Source: an uncultured Gemmatimonadales bacterium (GTDB taxonomy: Bacteria; Gemmatimonadota; Gemmatimonadetes; Gemmatimonadales; Gemmatimonadaceae). From it: 64,000 nucleotides of DNA. The notes beneath the pieces were generated by a model, which saw nothing but the letters and a program-made list of their open reading frames with translations, ran no database searches and was not told the DNA's origin. A program made the translations under genes and the position numbers. The stretch spans positions 2,560,001-2,624,000 of the forward strand of contig OY969695.1 in NCBI GenBank assembly GCA_963701965.1, given 5' to 3'. This document shows, one piece after another, positions 23,122-35,665 of this stretch; the first letter of the stretch is position 1, and each line of letters starts with the position of its first letter.

Positions 23122-25116
23122 CTACCAAATCTGCGGCCGCTCGGATTCCGGACGCACCATCGGATCGCCCACCTTGCAGTGAAACGCCTGTGCAAACTGC
23201 GGCATGTTCGAGAGCGGTCCGTTCACGCGCCACCGGCCCGGTGAGTGCGGATCGGTGATGGCCAACTGCCGGGCGAACTCCGGTCTGGTACTCTCCCGCC
23301 AGGCTTGTGCCACGGCGAGGAAGAACCGCTGTTCCGGCGTGAAACCCGCGATCGTATCGCGCGGCTGGTTCGCGTACACATGCTCCATCGCCGTATAAGC
23401 GATGGTGATACCCCCCAGATCCGCTATGTTCTCGCTGAGCGTGAGCCGGCCGTTCACGTGGACGCTGTCGACGGCGATGTAGCCGCTGTACTGCTCAGCC
23501 ACCATGTTCGCCCGCTGGTCGAACGCCTGCGCGTCGGCCGGCGTCCACCAGTCGCGCAGATTCCCTTGGGCGTCGGATTTGCGCCCCTGGTCGTCGAACC
23601 CGTGCGTCATCTCGTGTCCGATGACGTACCCGATGCCCCCGTAATTCGTGGCATCGTCGGCCTGGGGATCGAAGAACGGCGGCTGCAGAATCCCGGCCGG
23701 GAAGACGATCTCGTTCATTGAGCCATTGTAATAGGCGTTGACCGTCGGCGGGGTCATCGTCCATTCCGTCCGGTCGACCTTGTCCGCCAGCTTGCTCAGC
23801 CGGCGGTGCACCTCGAACTCTCGCGCGGCGAGCACGTTCTGGATGAACGGCCGGCGCGAAATGGTGAGTGACGAGTAGTCACGCCACTTGTCGGGATAGC
23901 CGATCTTGTTGGCGAACGCCGCCAGCTTCACGATCGCCGCCTTGCGGGTCTCCGGACTCATCCAGGCGAGCGTCGTCAGATCGTTCTTGAGCGTCTCCTC
24001 CATGTTGTGGACGAGGGCCAGCGCGCGCGCCTTGGCCTCGGGCGGGAACGCTCTCGCCACGAATGCCCTACCCAGGTCATCCCCCAACCCCTGGTCGGTC
24101 GCTTGGACGCAACGCTGCCACCGCGGCAACATCTCCGGCGTGCCCGTCAGGGCCTGCTGCATCCTGAAGTTCTCGTTGACGAACGACGAATCCAGCCAGG
24201 GCGCGGCGCTGCTCAGGAAATGCCAGCGGAGATACGCCCGCCACAGCGCGATCGGCTCGTGTTGCACGAGGCTATCGACCGCGGTCAGGAATCGCGGCTG
24301 CATCACAATGACGTCGGCGATTTTCGGGGCCTGCAGGTCGGTCAGCCACGTGCGCCACTCAAGGTGCGGCGCCAGGGAGTCGGCGGCCGCGAGCGACATC
24401 TTGTGATACGTGTTGTACGGGTCGCGCCGCTCGACACGCGTCATCGACGCGTAGGCGAGGGCGGTCTCCAACGCCAGAATGCTGTCCGCCTCACCGCGCG
24501 CGGCCGCCGGTTGCACCCCGCCCAAGGTCAGGATGCGCGCCACGTGGGCGGCGTACGCCGCACGGGTCTTCGCCGACGCCGAGTCGGTCTTCGTGTAGTA
24601 ATCGCGATCGGGGAGCCCGATGCCACCTTGCGAGAGATAGAGCGCTTCGCGCGTGCTCTCCTTGCGATCCTGGTTGACGATGAGCGCCACGGGCACGCCA
24701 ATGCCATAGCCCTGCAGGCGCGCGATCTCCGCGCGCAGACCGGTTTGGGTCGTGACGGCGTCGATGTGATTCAGCTCGTCCTCGATCGGCTTGATCCCCG
24801 CCGCATCGGCGCCCGTGGAATCCGTGCACGTCGCGTAGTACGTACCGAGCTTGGTCGGCGTCGGCGAGGCCGCGGCCTGGTCCAACACGTCGTGCAGGAT
24901 GGCGCGATTGCGTTCCTGCATTTCGGCGAACGCGCCCCAGCGGGGGAACGCGGCGGGAATCGGCGTGCGCGCCCGCCAACCGCCCGTCGCGAACTGATAG
25001 AAGTCCTGGCAGGGCGCGCAGGTCGTATCCAGGTTGCTCCGATCGACCCCGTGCGTTTGGGCAACGGCGCGCGCGGAGCAGAAGAGGAGCCCGCAGATCA
25101 CGGCGAGACGTTTCAT
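23122..25116 (-). CDS. M13 family metallopeptidase (PepO/neprilysin-like)
   Basis: PCQDFYQFATGGW, KIGYPDKW, VNAYY, GHEMTHGFDDQG, SENIADLGG, DPHSP. Confidence 0.96.
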   Translation of the reverse strand: MKRLAVICGLLFCSARAVAQTHGVDRSNLDTTCAPCQDFYQFATGGWRARTPIPAAFPRWGAFAEMQERNRAILHDVLDQAAASPTPTKLGTYYATCTDSTGADAAGIKPIEDELNHIDAVTTQTGLRAEIARLQGYGIGVPVALIVNQDRKESTREALYLSQGGIGLPDRDYYTKTDSASAKTRAAYAAHVARILTLGGVQPAAARGEADSILALETALAYASMTRVERRDPYNTYHKMSLAAADSLAPHLEWRTWLTDLQAPKIADVIVMQPRFLTAVDSLVQHEPIALWRAYLRWHFLSSAAPWLDSSFVNENFRMQQALTGTPEMLPRWQRCVQATDQGLGDDLGRAFVARAFPPEAKARALALVHNMEETLKNDLTTLAWMSPETRKAAIVKLAAFANKIGYPDKWRDYSSLTISRRPFIQNVLAAREFEVHRRLSKLADKVDRTEWTMTPPTVNAYYNGSMNEIVFPAGILQPPFFDPQADDATNYGGIGYVIGHEMTHGFDDQGRKSDAQGNLRDWWTPADAQAFDQRANMVAEQYSGYIAVDSVHVNGRLTLSENIADLGGITIAYTAMEHVYANQPRDTIAGFTPEQRFFLAVAQAWRESTRPEFARQLAITDPHSPGRWRVNGPLSNMPQFAQAFHCKVGDPMVRPESERPQIW

Positions 25117-25661
25117 TAGGGATACCCGTTGGCGCGAACGGTGTCGGCGAGCGCCCGCAGGGCCGCCGAGTGAGGGTACAGCCGAAGACCGCGGGCGACG
25201 ATGTCGCTGGCTCGCGGCGGAAGTCCGACGGCGATGGCCTCCGACGCCGCGGCCCGGAACGTCTCCTCGGGCGGATTGGGCGCCGCGAGCAAGGAGTCGT
25301 AGCGCACGCTCGCGGTGTCGCGGACGGCGCGGAAGTGGAGCAGCCGGTCGTCGTTGGGATGGCGCTTGATGGCGTACTGCATGAGCATGCGCGCGTTGCT
25401 CATGTACCCCTGCTCTACCAGCAGATTCGCCAGGGAGACGATCGCGTCGACGTTGTCCTTGTCCAAATTCACGGCGTGTTCGTAGTCGAGACGGGCGCTG
25501 TCGGCCTGCCCCGCGGCGAGCGCGGCCTTTCCGCGCGCGTAGTAGTCCTTGGCCTTTGCCACGCGCGTCGCGCTGTCCATGGGCGGGGGAGATTGGCCAT
25601 AGGTCGGCCGGCTCCCCAGGAGAGCAGCACACACGCTCAGCGCGCAGATCAAGAGTCTCAC
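25116..25661 (-). CDS. Exported tetratricopeptide-repeat protein
   Basis: Signal peptide from GTG 25661, then TPR-like YYARGKAAL...YEHAVNLDKDNVDAIVSLANL. TAATG coupling to the M13 gene. Confidence 0.75.
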   Translation of the reverse strand: MRLLICALSVCAALLGSRPTYGQSPPPMDSATRVAKAKDYYARGKAALAAGQADSARLDYEHAVNLDKDNVDAIVSLANLLVEQGYMSNARMLMQYAIKRHPNDDRLLHFRAVRDTASVRYDSLLAAPNPPEETFRAAASEAIAVGLPPRASDIVARGLRLYPHSAALRALADTVRANGYP

Positions 25662-25668
25662 GTGAACC

Positions 25669-27611
<1,943 letters not shown>

Positions 27612-27615
<4 letters not shown>

Positions 27616-27959
27616 TTGGGCATCCAGTCGCGCCAGGTATCCTCGGCGGCACCGACGGTCAGCTTGCTTTGCCAGCGCACGAGCGGGGTGCGAAGCAGCA
27701 TGGGGTCCTCGACGAGCCGCTCGAGCCACCGGGCGTCCGAATATCGCGCGCTGGAGAGTCCGAGGTCGGCATAGCGCCGCCCGTCGCGGTCAATGAGCGC
27801 GCCAAGGCCGAACTTCTGCGCAAATCGCGTGAGCTCGCCCGGCGAGGCGGCGCGCTCGACGAGGTCCACGAAGTGGGTCTTGATGCGCCGTTCCGAGAAA
27901 AACCGCAGGGCCTTGCGGGTGTTCGCGCACTTCTTTGTCCCGAAAACCTGAACTTCCAT
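27612..27959 (-). CDS. ArsC/Spx family thioredoxin-fold protein
   Basis: QVFGTKKC..TRKALRFF..., LLRTPLVR. Confidence 0.88.
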
Positions 27960-27982
27960 ACGACCAAATGTATGGTTCGTGA

Positions 27983-28996
27983 ATGAGCGGAATCGAGTAC
28001 CGACCGGCCTGGTGGCTCCCGGGACCGCACGTCCCCACGCTCTGGGGACGGTTCATGCGCCGGCCCACGCCGGTGCCGACGCGCCGCGAGCAGTGGGAGA
28101 CGCCCGACGGCAATGTGCTGGACGTGGAACGGGTCGACGCGGCGCCGGACCGCCCGCGGCTCGTGTTGTTGCATGGCCTCGAGGGCACGATCCGCTCGCA
28201 CTACGCGCGGGGTATGCTCGCCGAAGCCTGGGGGCGGGGATGGGGTGTGGACTTTTTGCTGTTTCGATCGTGCGGCGGGACGCTCAACCGGACCCGCCGT
28301 TTCTATCACTCGGGCGATACGGCGGATCTGGCGTTGGTGGTGGGCCGGGTGATCGAGGAGTTTCCCGCGGCGCCCGTGGTGTTGGCGGGGTTCTCGCTCG
28401 GCGGCAATGTCTTGCTCAAGTGGTTGGCCGAGCGCGGGGACGTGCTGCCGGCGGCGGTGCGGGCGGCGGCCGCGGTGTCGGTGCCTTTTGATCTGGCGCG
28501 CGGCGCCCGGCACATCGATCAGGGATTCGCGCGTGTGTACCAGGCGCACTTCGTGGCGTCGCTCAAGCGTAAAGTGCGCGAGAAGCTGGAGCGATTTCCG
28601 GACTTGGTCGATCGGGCGAAGCTGGACGCGGTGCGGTCGATCTACGAGTTCGACGAGCTATTGACCGCGCCGCTGCATGGGTTCGCCGGAGCGGAGGACT
28701 ATTACGCGCGATCGAGCGCGTTGCGACGGCTGCCGGCCGTGCGGTTGCCGACGTTGTTGCTGAGCGCGGTCGACGACCCTTTCTTGCCGGCGAACGTGCT
28801 CGATGAGGTGCGCGCGCTGGCGGAATCAAACCCGGCGCTCGAGGTCGAGTTCGTGGAGCGCGGCGGACACGTGGGGTTCGTGAGCGGCGCCGTGCCGTGG
28901 CGGCCGATCTACTACGCCGAGCGGCGCGTCACGGCGTTTTTGGCGTCAGCCTTGTCGCGCCAGCGCGGTGAGCACGCGGGCGCGCTCGGTGTCTGA
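27983..28996 (+). CDS. YheT-like alpha/beta hydrolase
   Basis: LLHGLEG, FRSCGG, YHSGDT, GFSLGGN, DDPF, GGHVGF. Confidence 0.93.
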   Translation: MSGIEYRPAWWLPGPHVPTLWGRFMRRPTPVPTRREQWETPDGNVLDVERVDAAPDRPRLVLLHGLEGTIRSHYARGMLAEAWGRGWGVDFLLFRSCGGTLNRTRRFYHSGDTADLALVVGRVIEEFPAAPVVLAGFSLGGNVLLKWLAERGDVLPAAVRAAAAVSVPFDLARGARHIDQGFARVYQAHFVASLKRKVREKLERFPDLVDRAKLDAVRSIYEFDELLTAPLHGFAGAEDYYARSSALRRLPAVRLPTLLLSAVDDPFLPANVLDEVRALAESNPALEVEFVERGGHVGFVSGAVPWRPIYYAERRVTAFLASALSRQRGEHAGALGV

Positions 28997-29902
28997 GGCG
29001 ATCGTCCGCGCCGCCGCGATGTAGGCGGCGCGCACGGCATCATCGGGGGCGCCGCGGCCGGCAATGGCGATGAGGACACGGGCCTTCTCGTGGTCGCCGG
29101 CCAAGGCCTGCGCGGAGGCGATCGTGGCCAGCGCGAGCTCGTCGGATCCGGCGCCGCTGGCCGGTCCGGCGCTGATCGTCGCGAGCAGCACCCGGCTGCG
29201 GGGATAATCGCTGGTCATGGCCGCGACGGCGTGGAAATAGGCGTCGCGATCGGAAGCCGACGTCCAGTCCATGTGCGGGGCGGCCGCGATCAGGAGCTGG
29301 GCGCGCTCGTCGTCGGACGTCATGGTGCCGGCAATGATAGCGACCTGGCGGGCGCCGTCGGCATCGAGGGTCGGCGTGGCCGCGAACAGCTTCATGAGAT
29401 AGATGTGCTTGGCGCCGTCCGACGCCGCGGCGACGTCGTCGAGCACGGCGGATGGGCCGCCGGCGGCCATGAGCTGTGGGAAGCGCACGTCGACCAGAGC
29501 GCCGCTGGCGTGGTCCACCTGCAGGAGCAGACCAGCGAACCAACCCTCGGCCTCGGCGTCCCACAGGTGCGCGGCGCCGTCGATCGTGTAAATGCGATCG
29601 ATCATCGCATCCGTCGCATTCGTCATCGGGCGGAGTTGGACGCGCCGCGTGTGGCCGCCGGATTGTTCGGTGACGTCGACCGACCCGCCCGGTTGGAGAT
29701 CGGCGACGTCGGTGGCATCGGGGGTGAACGTGACGGTCCCGACCGTCGTCACATCCACGCGACAGCGGGGGGTGGCCCACAGGAGATGCCAGCGGGGGCC
29801 GTCGGCATCGGTGTGCACCGAGAGGTGTCGTTCACTGTGCCAGCTCCCAGCCCCAAACTGGCACGCGGTCAGAATCGCGGTGGCAACGGGAAGGGCGAGC
29901 AT
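28946..29902 (-). CDS. Hypothetical lipoprotein with C-terminal helical repeats resembling the BlaR1 C-terminus
   Basis: ILTAC lipobox. Repeats SDGAK, SDDERAQLL, SDYPRSRVL, GDHEKARVL, SDTERARVL. Confidence 0.75.
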   Translation of the reverse strand: MLALPVATAILTACQFGAGSWHSERHLSVHTDADGPRWHLLWATPRCRVDVTTVGTVTFTPDATDVADLQPGGSVDVTEQSGGHTRRVQLRPMTNATDAMIDRIYTIDGAAHLWDAEAEGWFAGLLLQVDHASGALVDVRFPQLMAAGGPSAVLDDVAAASDGAKHIYLMKLFAATPTLDADGARQVAIIAGTMTSDDERAQLLIAAAPHMDWTSASDRDAYFHAVAAMTSDYPRSRVLLATISAGPASGAGSDELALATIASAQALAGDHEKARVLIAIAGRGAPDDAVRAAYIAAARTIASDTERARVLTALARQG

Positions 29903-29925
29903 CGGGGCACCCGGTTCAGGTCATG

Positions 29926-32477
29926 TCACTCGGACACGGTCGTGAGGCAGATCTTGAAGTCGCGCTGCACGGATTCGTTGGTCATCCAGCCGCCGCGCAC
30001 GAGGGCGCGGAGAACGCGCACTTTGTCGTCGGTGGAGCTGAGCTTGGACGTAGAGCCAATGGCGGCGCGGGCGACGGTGAGGGCGCCGTCGGGATGACCG
30101 GCGGAGCGGGCCCGGGCCTCGCCGAGTACGGCGAGGAGCACGCCGGCGCGGTCCGTGTTGGAGGTCATCGTGTTGGTGGCCGCGAAGAACTCGTGGCGCA
30201 CGTCGGCGTTGGTCAGGGGGTCGAGGCCGGCGACGGTGCGGAGGACCAGGCCCTTGTCGGCGTCGGACGACATCATCGTCGCGGAGCGGAGGATCCCGGT
30301 GACCGTCGCGGCGTCGCGGGAGCCGCGGCCGAGGAGGCCGAGGAGAACGCGGCGGCGCTCGGTATCCGACGAGATGGTGTTGGTCGCGGTGAAGAACGCG
30401 CGACGCAGGGTGTCGGAGCTGCAGTAGTGTTGGGCGATCTCGAGCAGGACCGAGCGTTTGGTCGCGTCCGAGGCGATCGTGGCGACTTCGGCGGCGACAT
30501 CGGCCAGTAGTACGTCCTTTGTGGCCTTGTGGCGCGCTATTAGCTGTATACTGTCGCGATGAAGGCTCGCTAACGTGAACGTCGCCTCAACCGGGCTGAG
30601 GACGATCGTGGCGGGCTGCGGGCGCGCTACGGCGGCTTCCATCGGGTGGACCGACGCCAGGGCGAAGACCACGGTGCTGGCGGCGGCGACCGTGGTGGCG
30701 ATGCGGCGGCGACCAATGGGGTCGCGGCGCACGGCCCGATCGAGGATCGCCAGCAAGCGGCCCTCGATCTCGGTCCGGCGGGCCATCGCCAGGGCGGCGG
30801 CCGCGGGGGCGGCGGCGCCGCTCAGCGTCTGGACCAGCTCCAGCAGGTCGCCCGCGTAGCGCGACGGGCGGGCGCCGGCGCCGAGTACCAGATCGTCGCA
30901 GGCGCGTTCGCGTTCTTGGCGCATGTGGGTGGCGGCTAGCCAGGCGAGGGGGTGGTACCAGAACAGGGCGACCGCGAGTTGGCCCACGATGTGGGTCAGC
31001 ACGTCGTAGCGGTGCACATGCGCGAGCTCGTGTGTCAGCACGAGCGTCCGCCGTTCCTCATCCCACTCCGCGGCATCGGCCGGCAGGATCACCAGCGGGC
31101 GCAGGATCCCGCACGTCACCGGCACCGAGCCCGCCGCGCCGATCCGGATCGAGACCGGGCGCCGGAGGCCGAGGCCGTGCGAGATCCGCTCGGCGAGAGC
31201 CGCCCAATGCGGCTCGGCCGGGCGGGCGCGCCGGACGATCGCCCTGAGGCGCGTGATCCCCATCAGGAGGCGCGCGATGACGGCGGCGGTCCCCAGGATC
31301 TGGAACAGGATCCAGAGGCGGGACAGGAACCCGGCGAGGCGAACGGTGCCGGCGCCCGACAGCGCCAGCGGCACGTCGCCCTCTTCGCGCAGAGCTTCGC
31401 GGCCCGCGCTTCGCGCGGCCGCGGCGCGCCTTCCGACGCGCGCGGCATCCGCGTGGGCGAGCACGCGTGGTGCGTTGCTCGTGCCGCCCGGACCATCGCT
31501 CGTGGCGTTGCTCAGCGCCTTGCTCGTGCTATTGCTGGTGACGTCACTCGCAGCGTTGGTCACGGCGCCGCTGATGACGTTACTCGTGGCGTCGCCCGTG
31601 CCATAACTGGTGGCGTTGCTCACCACCTCGCTCGTGCTATTGCTCGTCGCGTTACTCGTGGCGTTGCTCATAGCGTCGCTCGCGACGTTACTCGCGGCTG
31701 CGTTACTTGCAGCTGCGTTACTTGCAGCTGCGTTACTTGCAGCTGCGTTGCTTGCAGCTGCGTTACTTGCAACTGCGTTGCTTGCAACTGCGTTGCTTGC
31801 AACTGCGTTGCTTGCAGCTGCGTTACTTGCAGTCGCGTTACTTGCAACTGCGTTGCTTGCAACTGCGTTACTTGCAGCTGCGTTACTTGCAGCCGCGTTA
31901 CTTGCAGCCGCGTTACTTGCAGCCGCGTTGCTTGCAGCCGCGTTGCTTGCAGCCGCGTTGCTTGCAGCCGCGTTGCTTGCAGCCGCGTTGCTTGCAGCCG
32001 CGTTGCTTGCAGCCGCGTTGCTTGCAGCCGCGTTGCTTGCAGCCGCGTTGCTTGCAGCCGCGTTGCTTGCAGCCGCGTTGCTTGCAGCCGCGTTGCTTGC
32101 AGCCGCGTTGCTTGCAGCCGCGTTGCTTGCAGCCGCGTTGCTTGCAGCCGCGTTGCTCCCGCCTGCATCGCCGATTGCGTCGCGCGTACCGCGCCCGTCG
32201 GCGATAGCCGACGGCGCCGGTGCCGCCGCGGGCGGGGCAGCCACCGCCGGCGCGTGAGACAGCGCGCCGAGCGCGCGAAGCGCGGCGGCGGGATGAACCG
32301 CGGGCAAGGGCACGGCCCACGTCGGGACGACCGCGGGCAGGACGGGCAGGACGAGCAGTCCGCCGAGGACCGACGCCCACACGAATGGCGCGCGGCCGCC
32401 GAGGATCTCCGGAGCACACCAATGACGGCAAAGGCGACGACGAGCAGCGCGGTCGCCCGCACGAACAAGTCAATCAT
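29926..32477 (-). CDS. M56 family (BlaR1/MecR1-like) sensor protease with a large (AASNA)n insertion; apparent frameshift near 32384
   Basis: PVTCGILRPLVILP, LTHELAHVHRYD, WYHPLAW, ERACDD. The N-terminus MIDLFVRATALL...SAAARH lies in ORF 31668..32477. Directly downstream of blaI. Confidence 0.92.
31685..32156. repeat. 15-bp tandem repeat (~31 copies) encoding AASNA/VASNA, followed by degenerate 12-bp SNAT-type repeats
   Basis: Plus-strand unit GCGTTGCTTGCAGCC with variants, homogeneous over about 31923-32156. Confidence 0.97.
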
Positions 32478-32480
32478 AGT

Positions 32481-32870
32481 TCAGCGCCCCTCCTCGCTAG
32501 CGCGCCGAATGAGCGCAGTCAGCCGCGTTCGCTCGGCGGCCGTCAACGCGCGCGCCGAGCCATCGAGCAGCGCGGCAACCGCCTGCGCAGTGGACCCGTC
32601 AAAGAACGTCGCCACGAGATGGGCCATGGCATTCTTCTGCGCCGCCTCACGCGGCACAGTGGGGACATAGACGTACCTCGGCCCGTCTTCCCAATGCCGC
32701 ACATGCCCTTTGTCCTCGAGCGTCCGCAGCATAGCGCGGACCGCCGAGTAACTCGGCGGATCCGGCATCTCGGCCACGACGTCCGCGACGGTGCCTTGGC
32801 CGCGTCGAAAGAGCACGTCCATGATCTGCCGCTCGCGGCGACTAAGCCGATTACTGAGAGCTTCCGCCAT
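32481..32870 (-). CDS. blaI: BlaI/MecI/CopY family transcriptional repressor
   Basis: LSRRERQIMDVL, SYSAVRAMLRTLEDKG, TFFDGS. Confidence 0.94.
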   Translation of the reverse strand: MAEALSNRLSRRERQIMDVLFRRGQGTVADVVAEMPDPPSYSAVRAMLRTLEDKGHVRHWEDGPRYVYVPTVPREAAQKNAMAHLVATFFDGSTAQAVAALLDGSARALTAAERTRLTALIRRASEEGR

Positions 32871-32905
32871 GCTAGCTATCTAGCATCATGCTGAAAAACT
32901 AGCAA
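32869..32905. promoter_or_regulatory. Tandem palindromic operators, probable BlaI autorepression sites
   Basis: Perfect ATGCTAG-CTAT-CTAGCAT (32869-32886) touching the blaI start codon, and an imperfect ATGCTGA-AAAA-CTAGCAA (32888-32905). CTAG is otherwise rare in the window. Confidence 0.8.
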
Positions 32906-34295
32906 GTCCCACATCCGCCCGCCCGTCGACCCCATTGATCCCATTGATGCCACCGATCGGCAACCGCACGGTGGCCACGCACCCGGTCGCTTGAACCCGA
33001 TTGGCGAGGGTCACCGACCCTCCATGCGCCTCGGCGATCTGCCGGCTGAGCGCCAGCCCAATGCCAGAGCCATGGGGCTTGGTCGTATAGAACGGCACGA
33101 ACAGGTTGGCCGTCGCCCCGACGCCAGGCCCTTCGTCCTCGACCGCCACTTCGATATGCCCGTCCGCCGCGCTCCACCCGATAGTGACCCGCCCTCCAGT
33201 CTCCAACGACGCGTCGGTCGCATTCCGAACGAGATTGATCAACAACTGATCGAGCTGATCCGCGTCGCCGATGATGGCGACCGGCGCCCCGTCCGTGATC
33301 GCGACATCGAGCCGCGTCTCGATCGCCGCCGTCCGCCGAACCCACGCCGCGACGTCGACCACCGCTGCTCTGGGCGGCGGCAGCTGGGCGAGCCGCGCAT
33401 ACGATGACATGAACCGCGACAGCCCCTCCGATCGCCCGGCGATCACGGTGAGCCCGCGGATGACATCGGCGGCCAGATCCGGCGGCGGCGGATCCCGGCT
33501 CACGATGGAGCGGAGCGTGTGCGCGATGGACTGGATCGGCGCCAACGAGTTGTTGATCTCGTGGCTCAGCACCCGCACCAGTCGCCGCCAGGCCGCCAGC
33601 TCTTCCTCGCGCAGCGTCCGGCTCAAATCCGTGAGCACGAGCAACGAGTGGGGCCGGCCGTCCTGCCGGAACGTGCTCCGCCGCACCCCCCAACGCCCGG
33701 TCGCCCCGCCCGGAAACGTCAACTCCTCGACGCGCGGCACTTCGCCTTCCAACGATCGACCCAGACCCAGCGCGTCGGCGCTCCGTCCCAACAACCGCGG
33801 GGCGGGCTCGCCGAGGAGTTTCTCCCCGGCGCGATTGATGAGCCGGAGCCGGCCATCGTCGTCGAACGCGAACACGCCGAGGTCGATCTCGGCCATGACC
33901 GTTCGCAGCAGCGCCGCCGCTTCCAGCTCGCCGAGCCGCCAGCTGCGCAGCTGCTGGCTGAGCAGGTTGGTCTCGAGCAGGGCCAGGCCGAGGGCGTCTT
34001 CCGGGTACGCGCTGGTCGCCCGCATGGAGTAGTCGCCTTCGCGCAGCGCGGCGACCATGTTCGACAAACTCTGGAGGGGCCGCACCACCGCGGCCCGCAG
34101 CGCGAGCGCCCCGCCGATCCAGGCGCCGAGCAGCACCAATACGATCGTGGCGCGCGCGGCGCCGGTCAGCGGCGTGCGTGCGAGGTAATAGGCACTGAGC
34201 AGGAGCGCCGGCACGGCCGGCGCCAGCGCCAAGAACAGCACGCGGCGCTCGTGGTTCCGTCGCCGGCCAAGACGCGGGGGCCGTTCACCGGCCAT
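32886..34295 (-). CDS. Sensor histidine kinase (NtrY-like, HAMP-PAS-HisKA-HATPase)
   Basis: LSHEINNSL, NLVRNA, DEGPG, FYTTKPHGSGIGL. Confidence 0.93.
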   Translation of the reverse strand: MAGERPPRLGRRRNHERRVLFLALAPAVPALLLSAYYLARTPLTGAARATIVLVLLGAWIGGALALRAAVVRPLQSLSNMVAALREGDYSMRATSAYPEDALGLALLETNLLSQQLRSWRLGELEAAALLRTVMAEIDLGVFAFDDDGRLRLINRAGEKLLGEPAPRLLGRSADALGLGRSLEGEVPRVEELTFPGGATGRWGVRRSTFRQDGRPHSLLVLTDLSRTLREEELAAWRRLVRVLSHEINNSLAPIQSIAHTLRSIVSRDPPPPDLAADVIRGLTVIAGRSEGLSRFMSSYARLAQLPPPRAAVVDVAAWVRRTAAIETRLDVAITDGAPVAIIGDADQLDQLLINLVRNATDASLETGGRVTIGWSAADGHIEVAVEDEGPGVGATANLFVPFYTTKPHGSGIGLALSRQIAEAHGGSVTLANRVQATGCVATVRLPIGGINGINGVDGRADVGLASFSA

Positions 34296-35646
34296 TACTC
34301 TCCAGACGGCGATAGAGCGCGCTCCGGCTGAGCCCCAGTGCTTTGGCGGCGGCGCTCACGTTGCCGTCGCAGCGGCTGAGCGCCCGCTCAATGAGCACGC
34401 GCTCCGCTTCTTCCAGCGTCATGTCCTCCAACCGCGCGGTCGGCCCGCCACTCGGCGGCCGGAGCCCCAGGTCCACGGCCTGCACGGCATTGCCGGAGGC
34501 CATGAGCACGCCGCGCTCGACGGCGTTCTCCAACTGACGCACGTTCCCGGGCCAGCCATACTCGAGCAGCGCGTGCACGGCTCCCGTATCGAAGCCCAGT
34601 CCGCGGCGCCCGTAGTGCGTGGCGTGCCGCTCGAGAAAGTAGCGCCCCAGCGGCAAGATGTCGTCGCGCCGCTCGCGGAGCGGCGGCAGCGCGATCTCAA
34701 TGGTGTTGAGGCGAAAGAGCAGGTCTTCCCGGAACCGGCCCGCGGCCACTTCGTCGGCCAGCACCGCGTTGGTGGCCGCCAATATCCGGACGTCGACGCG
34801 CCGCGGGCGCGAGGAGCCGACGCGCTCCACTTCGCGGGTCTGCAGCACGCGCAGGAGCTTGGCCTGCTGGGCCATCGACACGTTGGCGACTTCGTCGAGG
34901 AAGAGCGACCCGCCGTCGGCCAACTCGAACCGCCCCATGCGGTCCGCGCGCGCGTCGGTGAACGCGCCTTTGACGTGCCCAAACAGCTCGCTCTCGAACA
35001 CGCCATCGGCCAGCCCGCCGAGATTCACCGCGACAAACGATCGCCCGGCCCGCATCGAGGCGCTGTGCAGCCACTGCGCGACAAGCTCTTTGCCGGTGCC
35101 GTGCTCGCCGGTGATGAGCACATTGGCGTCCGACGGCGCGATACGCGCCATCAGCTCCAGCACGGGCCGCATGCGCGGCGACTCGGCGATGAGGAGCGGC
35201 CGCCCCGGCGTCGGCCGCAGCGCTTCCAGCTCGTTCTCCAGCTGCCGCCCGGCGCGCAGCGCGTGGGCCATCTCGACCTGCCGCCGCATGGTCGCGATGA
35301 GCCGCGCGTTCTCCCACGGCTTCTCGATATAGTCGTAAGCGCCGCGCCGCATGGCCTCGACGGCGAGGTCGATGCTCGACCACGCGGTCATGACGGTCAC
35401 CGGCAGCGTGGCATCGAGCGCTTTGATGCGGGCCAGGAGCTCCATGCCCTCGCGGCCCGACGTCGTGTCGCGCGCGTAATTGAGATCGATCAGCGCGCCA
35501 TCGAACTCCTGCCGCTCCACGGCAGCCAATATCCCCGCGGGCGACCGCGCGCTCTCCAGCTCGAACCCCTCGGCTTTGAGCAGAAGCGCCAGCGCCTCGA
35601 TGATGTCGGGCTGGTCGTCCGCGACGAGCAAACGCGGCCGCTTCAT
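34285..35646 (-). CDS. sigma54-dependent response regulator (NtrC family)
   Basis: Receiver domain, GEHGTGKE, ESELFGHVKGAFTDA, FLDEV, WPGNVRQL, Fis-type HTH. Confidence 0.95.
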   Translation of the reverse strand: MKRPRLLVADDQPDIIEALALLLKAEGFELESARSPAGILAAVERQEFDGALIDLNYARDTTSGREGMELLARIKALDATLPVTVMTAWSSIDLAVEAMRRGAYDYIEKPWENARLIATMRRQVEMAHALRAGRQLENELEALRPTPGRPLLIAESPRMRPVLELMARIAPSDANVLITGEHGTGKELVAQWLHSASMRAGRSFVAVNLGGLADGVFESELFGHVKGAFTDARADRMGRFELADGGSLFLDEVANVSMAQQAKLLRVLQTREVERVGSSRPRRVDVRILAATNAVLADEVAAGRFREDLLFRLNTIEIALPPLRERRDDILPLGRYFLERHATHYGRRGLGFDTGAVHALLEYGWPGNVRQLENAVERGVLMASGNAVQAVDLGLRPPSGGPTARLEDMTLEEAERVLIERALSRCDGNVSAAAKALGLSRSALYRRLESNGR

Positions 35647-35665
35647 AGTAGATGGAATTTAGGCC

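Noticed and set aside
31610..32473. Repeat-derived ORFs (AAALL)n, (LQPRC)n, (RGCKQ)n as separate proteins
   Set aside because: They are alternative frames of the 15-bp array within the M56 gene.
32925..32951. CCCATTGAT short tandem repeat at the end of the kinase gene
   Set aside because: Two to three copies of a 9-mer in a non-conserved tail, consistent with ordinary slippage.
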